Program-made: the position numbers and the translations under genes | The notes under the pieces: generated by a model | The model's input: only the letters and a program-made list of their open reading frames with translations | The model's database searches: none | Told to the model about the DNA's origin: nothing | NCBI GenBank assembly: GCA_965242525.1 | Contig: OZ251459.1 | Span: forward strand, 992,001-1,056,000 | Direction: 5' to 3' | From: an uncultured Candidatus Binatia bacterium | Lineage (GTDB): Bacteria > Desulfobacterota > Binatia > UBA9968 > JAJDTQ01 | Length of the DNA stretch: 64,000 nt | Part shown: positions 62,776-64,000 of the stretch, in pieces | Numbering within the stretch: position 1 is the stretch's first letter | Layout of the letters: every line of letters starts with the position of its first letter

Positions 62776-63204
62776 ATGATGGACACGACCGAGATATGCA
62801 AGCGGATCCCGCACCGGTATCCGATGCTCCTGGTGGACCGGATCCTGGAGGTCGAGCCGGGCCGGCGCATCGTGGGCCTCAAGAACGTCACCGTCAACGA
62901 AGGCTTCTTCCAGGGCCACTTCCCCGGGAAACCGGTCATGCCGGGGGTGCTGATCTGCGAGGCCATGGCCCAGGCGGGCGCCATCCTCGCGGGGTGCAGC
63001 GACGCGGAGACCGACAAGGTATTCTTCCTCACCGGCCTCGACGGGGTGAAGTTCAAGCACCCGGTGGAGCCCGGCGACCAACTGCGGATCGAGATGGAAG
63101 TATCGAGACGGCGCAAGAACTACTGGCGCATGAAGGGTTTCGTGGAAGTCGAAGGGAAGCGGGTGGCGGAGGCGGAGATCTCGGCCATGGAGATGCCCGC
63201 CTAG
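62776..63204 (+). CDS. fabZ: 3-hydroxyacyl-ACP dehydratase
   Basis: PHRYPMLLVDR and GHFPGKPVMPGVL..EAMAQ. Confidence 0.97.
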   Translation: MMDTTEICKRIPHRYPMLLVDRILEVEPGRRIVGLKNVTVNEGFFQGHFPGKPVMPGVLICEAMAQAGAILAGCSDAETDKVFFLTGLDGVKFKHPVEPGDQLRIEMEVSRRRKNYWRMKGFVEVEGKRVAEAEISAMEMPA

Positions 63205-63222
63205 CCGCGGGGCGCGAAGCGG

Positions 63223-63999
63223 ATGGCGCGCAGGCATCCCGCCGCGGCGGTGGACCGGGCCGCGGAGCTCGACGACGACGTGGAGGTGGGCGCCTACTCC
63301 GTCATCGGCCCCGGGGCCAGGATCGGCAAGGGCACCCGGATCCACTCCCACGTGGTGGTGGAAGGCAACACCTCCATCGGCAGGGACAACGTCATCCACC
63401 CGTTCGCCACCGTCGGCTCCAGGCCCCAGGACCGGAAGTACCGGGGCGAGGACAGCCGGCTGGTCATCGGCGACGGGAACACCATCCGCGAGTTCGCCTC
63501 CCTCAACCCCGGCACCGCGGGGGGAGGCATGGTCACGCGGATAGGACGACGGAACCTGCTGATGATGCAGAGCCACATCGCCCACGACTGCACCCTGGGG
63601 GACGACAACATCGTGGCCAACGGGGCCATGCTCGGCGGCCACGTGGTGGTGGGGGACCGCGTCATCATCGGCGCCCTGGTGGGGGTGCACCAGTTCGTGG
63701 CCATCGGCAGCGGCGCCATCGTCGGGGCGGGGTCCATGGTCTCCAAGGACGTGCCTCCCTACTGCAACGCCACCGGCGACCGCGTGAGGCTGCGCGGACT
63801 CAACGTCGAAGGGCTCCGGAGGCTCGGCCTCGACAAGGGCCGGGTCGAAGCCATCCGGCGCGCGTACCGCATACTCTTCCGGTCGAGGCTGCGGCTCGAC
63901 CAGGCCCTGGAGCGGGTCCGCGGGGAAGTCCCCCGGACGTGCGAGGTGGACCGCATCATCGCCTTCGTGGAGAACTCCCGCCGGGGGGTCTGCCGCTGA
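63223..63999 (+). CDS. lpxA: Acyl-ACP-UDP-N-acetylglucosamine O-acyltransferase
   Basis: PQDRKY, HIAHDC, VHQF, DVPPY and GLNVEGLRR. Confidence 0.96.
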   Translation: MARRHPAAAVDRAAELDDDVEVGAYSVIGPGARIGKGTRIHSHVVVEGNTSIGRDNVIHPFATVGSRPQDRKYRGEDSRLVIGDGNTIREFASLNPGTAGGGMVTRIGRRNLLMMQSHIAHDCTLGDDNIVANGAMLGGHVVVGDRVIIGALVGVHQFVAIGSGAIVGAGSMVSKDVPPYCNATGDRVRLRGLNVEGLRRLGLDKGRVEAIRRAYRILFRSRLRLDQALERVRGEVPRTCEVDRIIAFVENSRRGVCR

Positions 64000-64000
64000 T

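Overview
High-GC bacterial chromosome segment with a diderm housekeeping backbone: coaE, fadD, tRNA-Cys, rimI, carD, ispD, cysK, degP, class A PBP, tsaD, rsmA, mutM, lhgO, uvrBC, comEC, hisS, aspS, def, rrf2-sufBCDSU-sufT, lysS-lolCE-lolD and bamA-skp-lpxD-fabZ-lpxA. The gene content looks deltaproteobacterial (Binatia-like), and the accessory genes suggest a host-associated, possibly sponge-associated, lifestyle; both points are inference. Accessory inserts: (1) a two-gene RiPP locus with an NHLP/proteusin precursor (core IDWGEVGWR) and an unannotated ABBA-prenyltransferase-like enzyme, the best candidate for an undescribed system; (2) two surface-protein genes, an FN3-repeat autotransporter and a TbpB-like lipoprotein, each preceded by a short leader ORF containing a poly-C tract, a possible frame-dependent translational switch; (3) a ferredoxin-membrane-HSP20-like fusion; (4) a decaying defence island with an IS1380-interrupted restriction-modification gene, a DUF262 gene with a truncated ATPase partner, and a two-repeat CRISPR-like unit; (5) several families of short interspersed palindromic or MITE-like repeats. 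All calls come from reading the sequence; no database searches were run.
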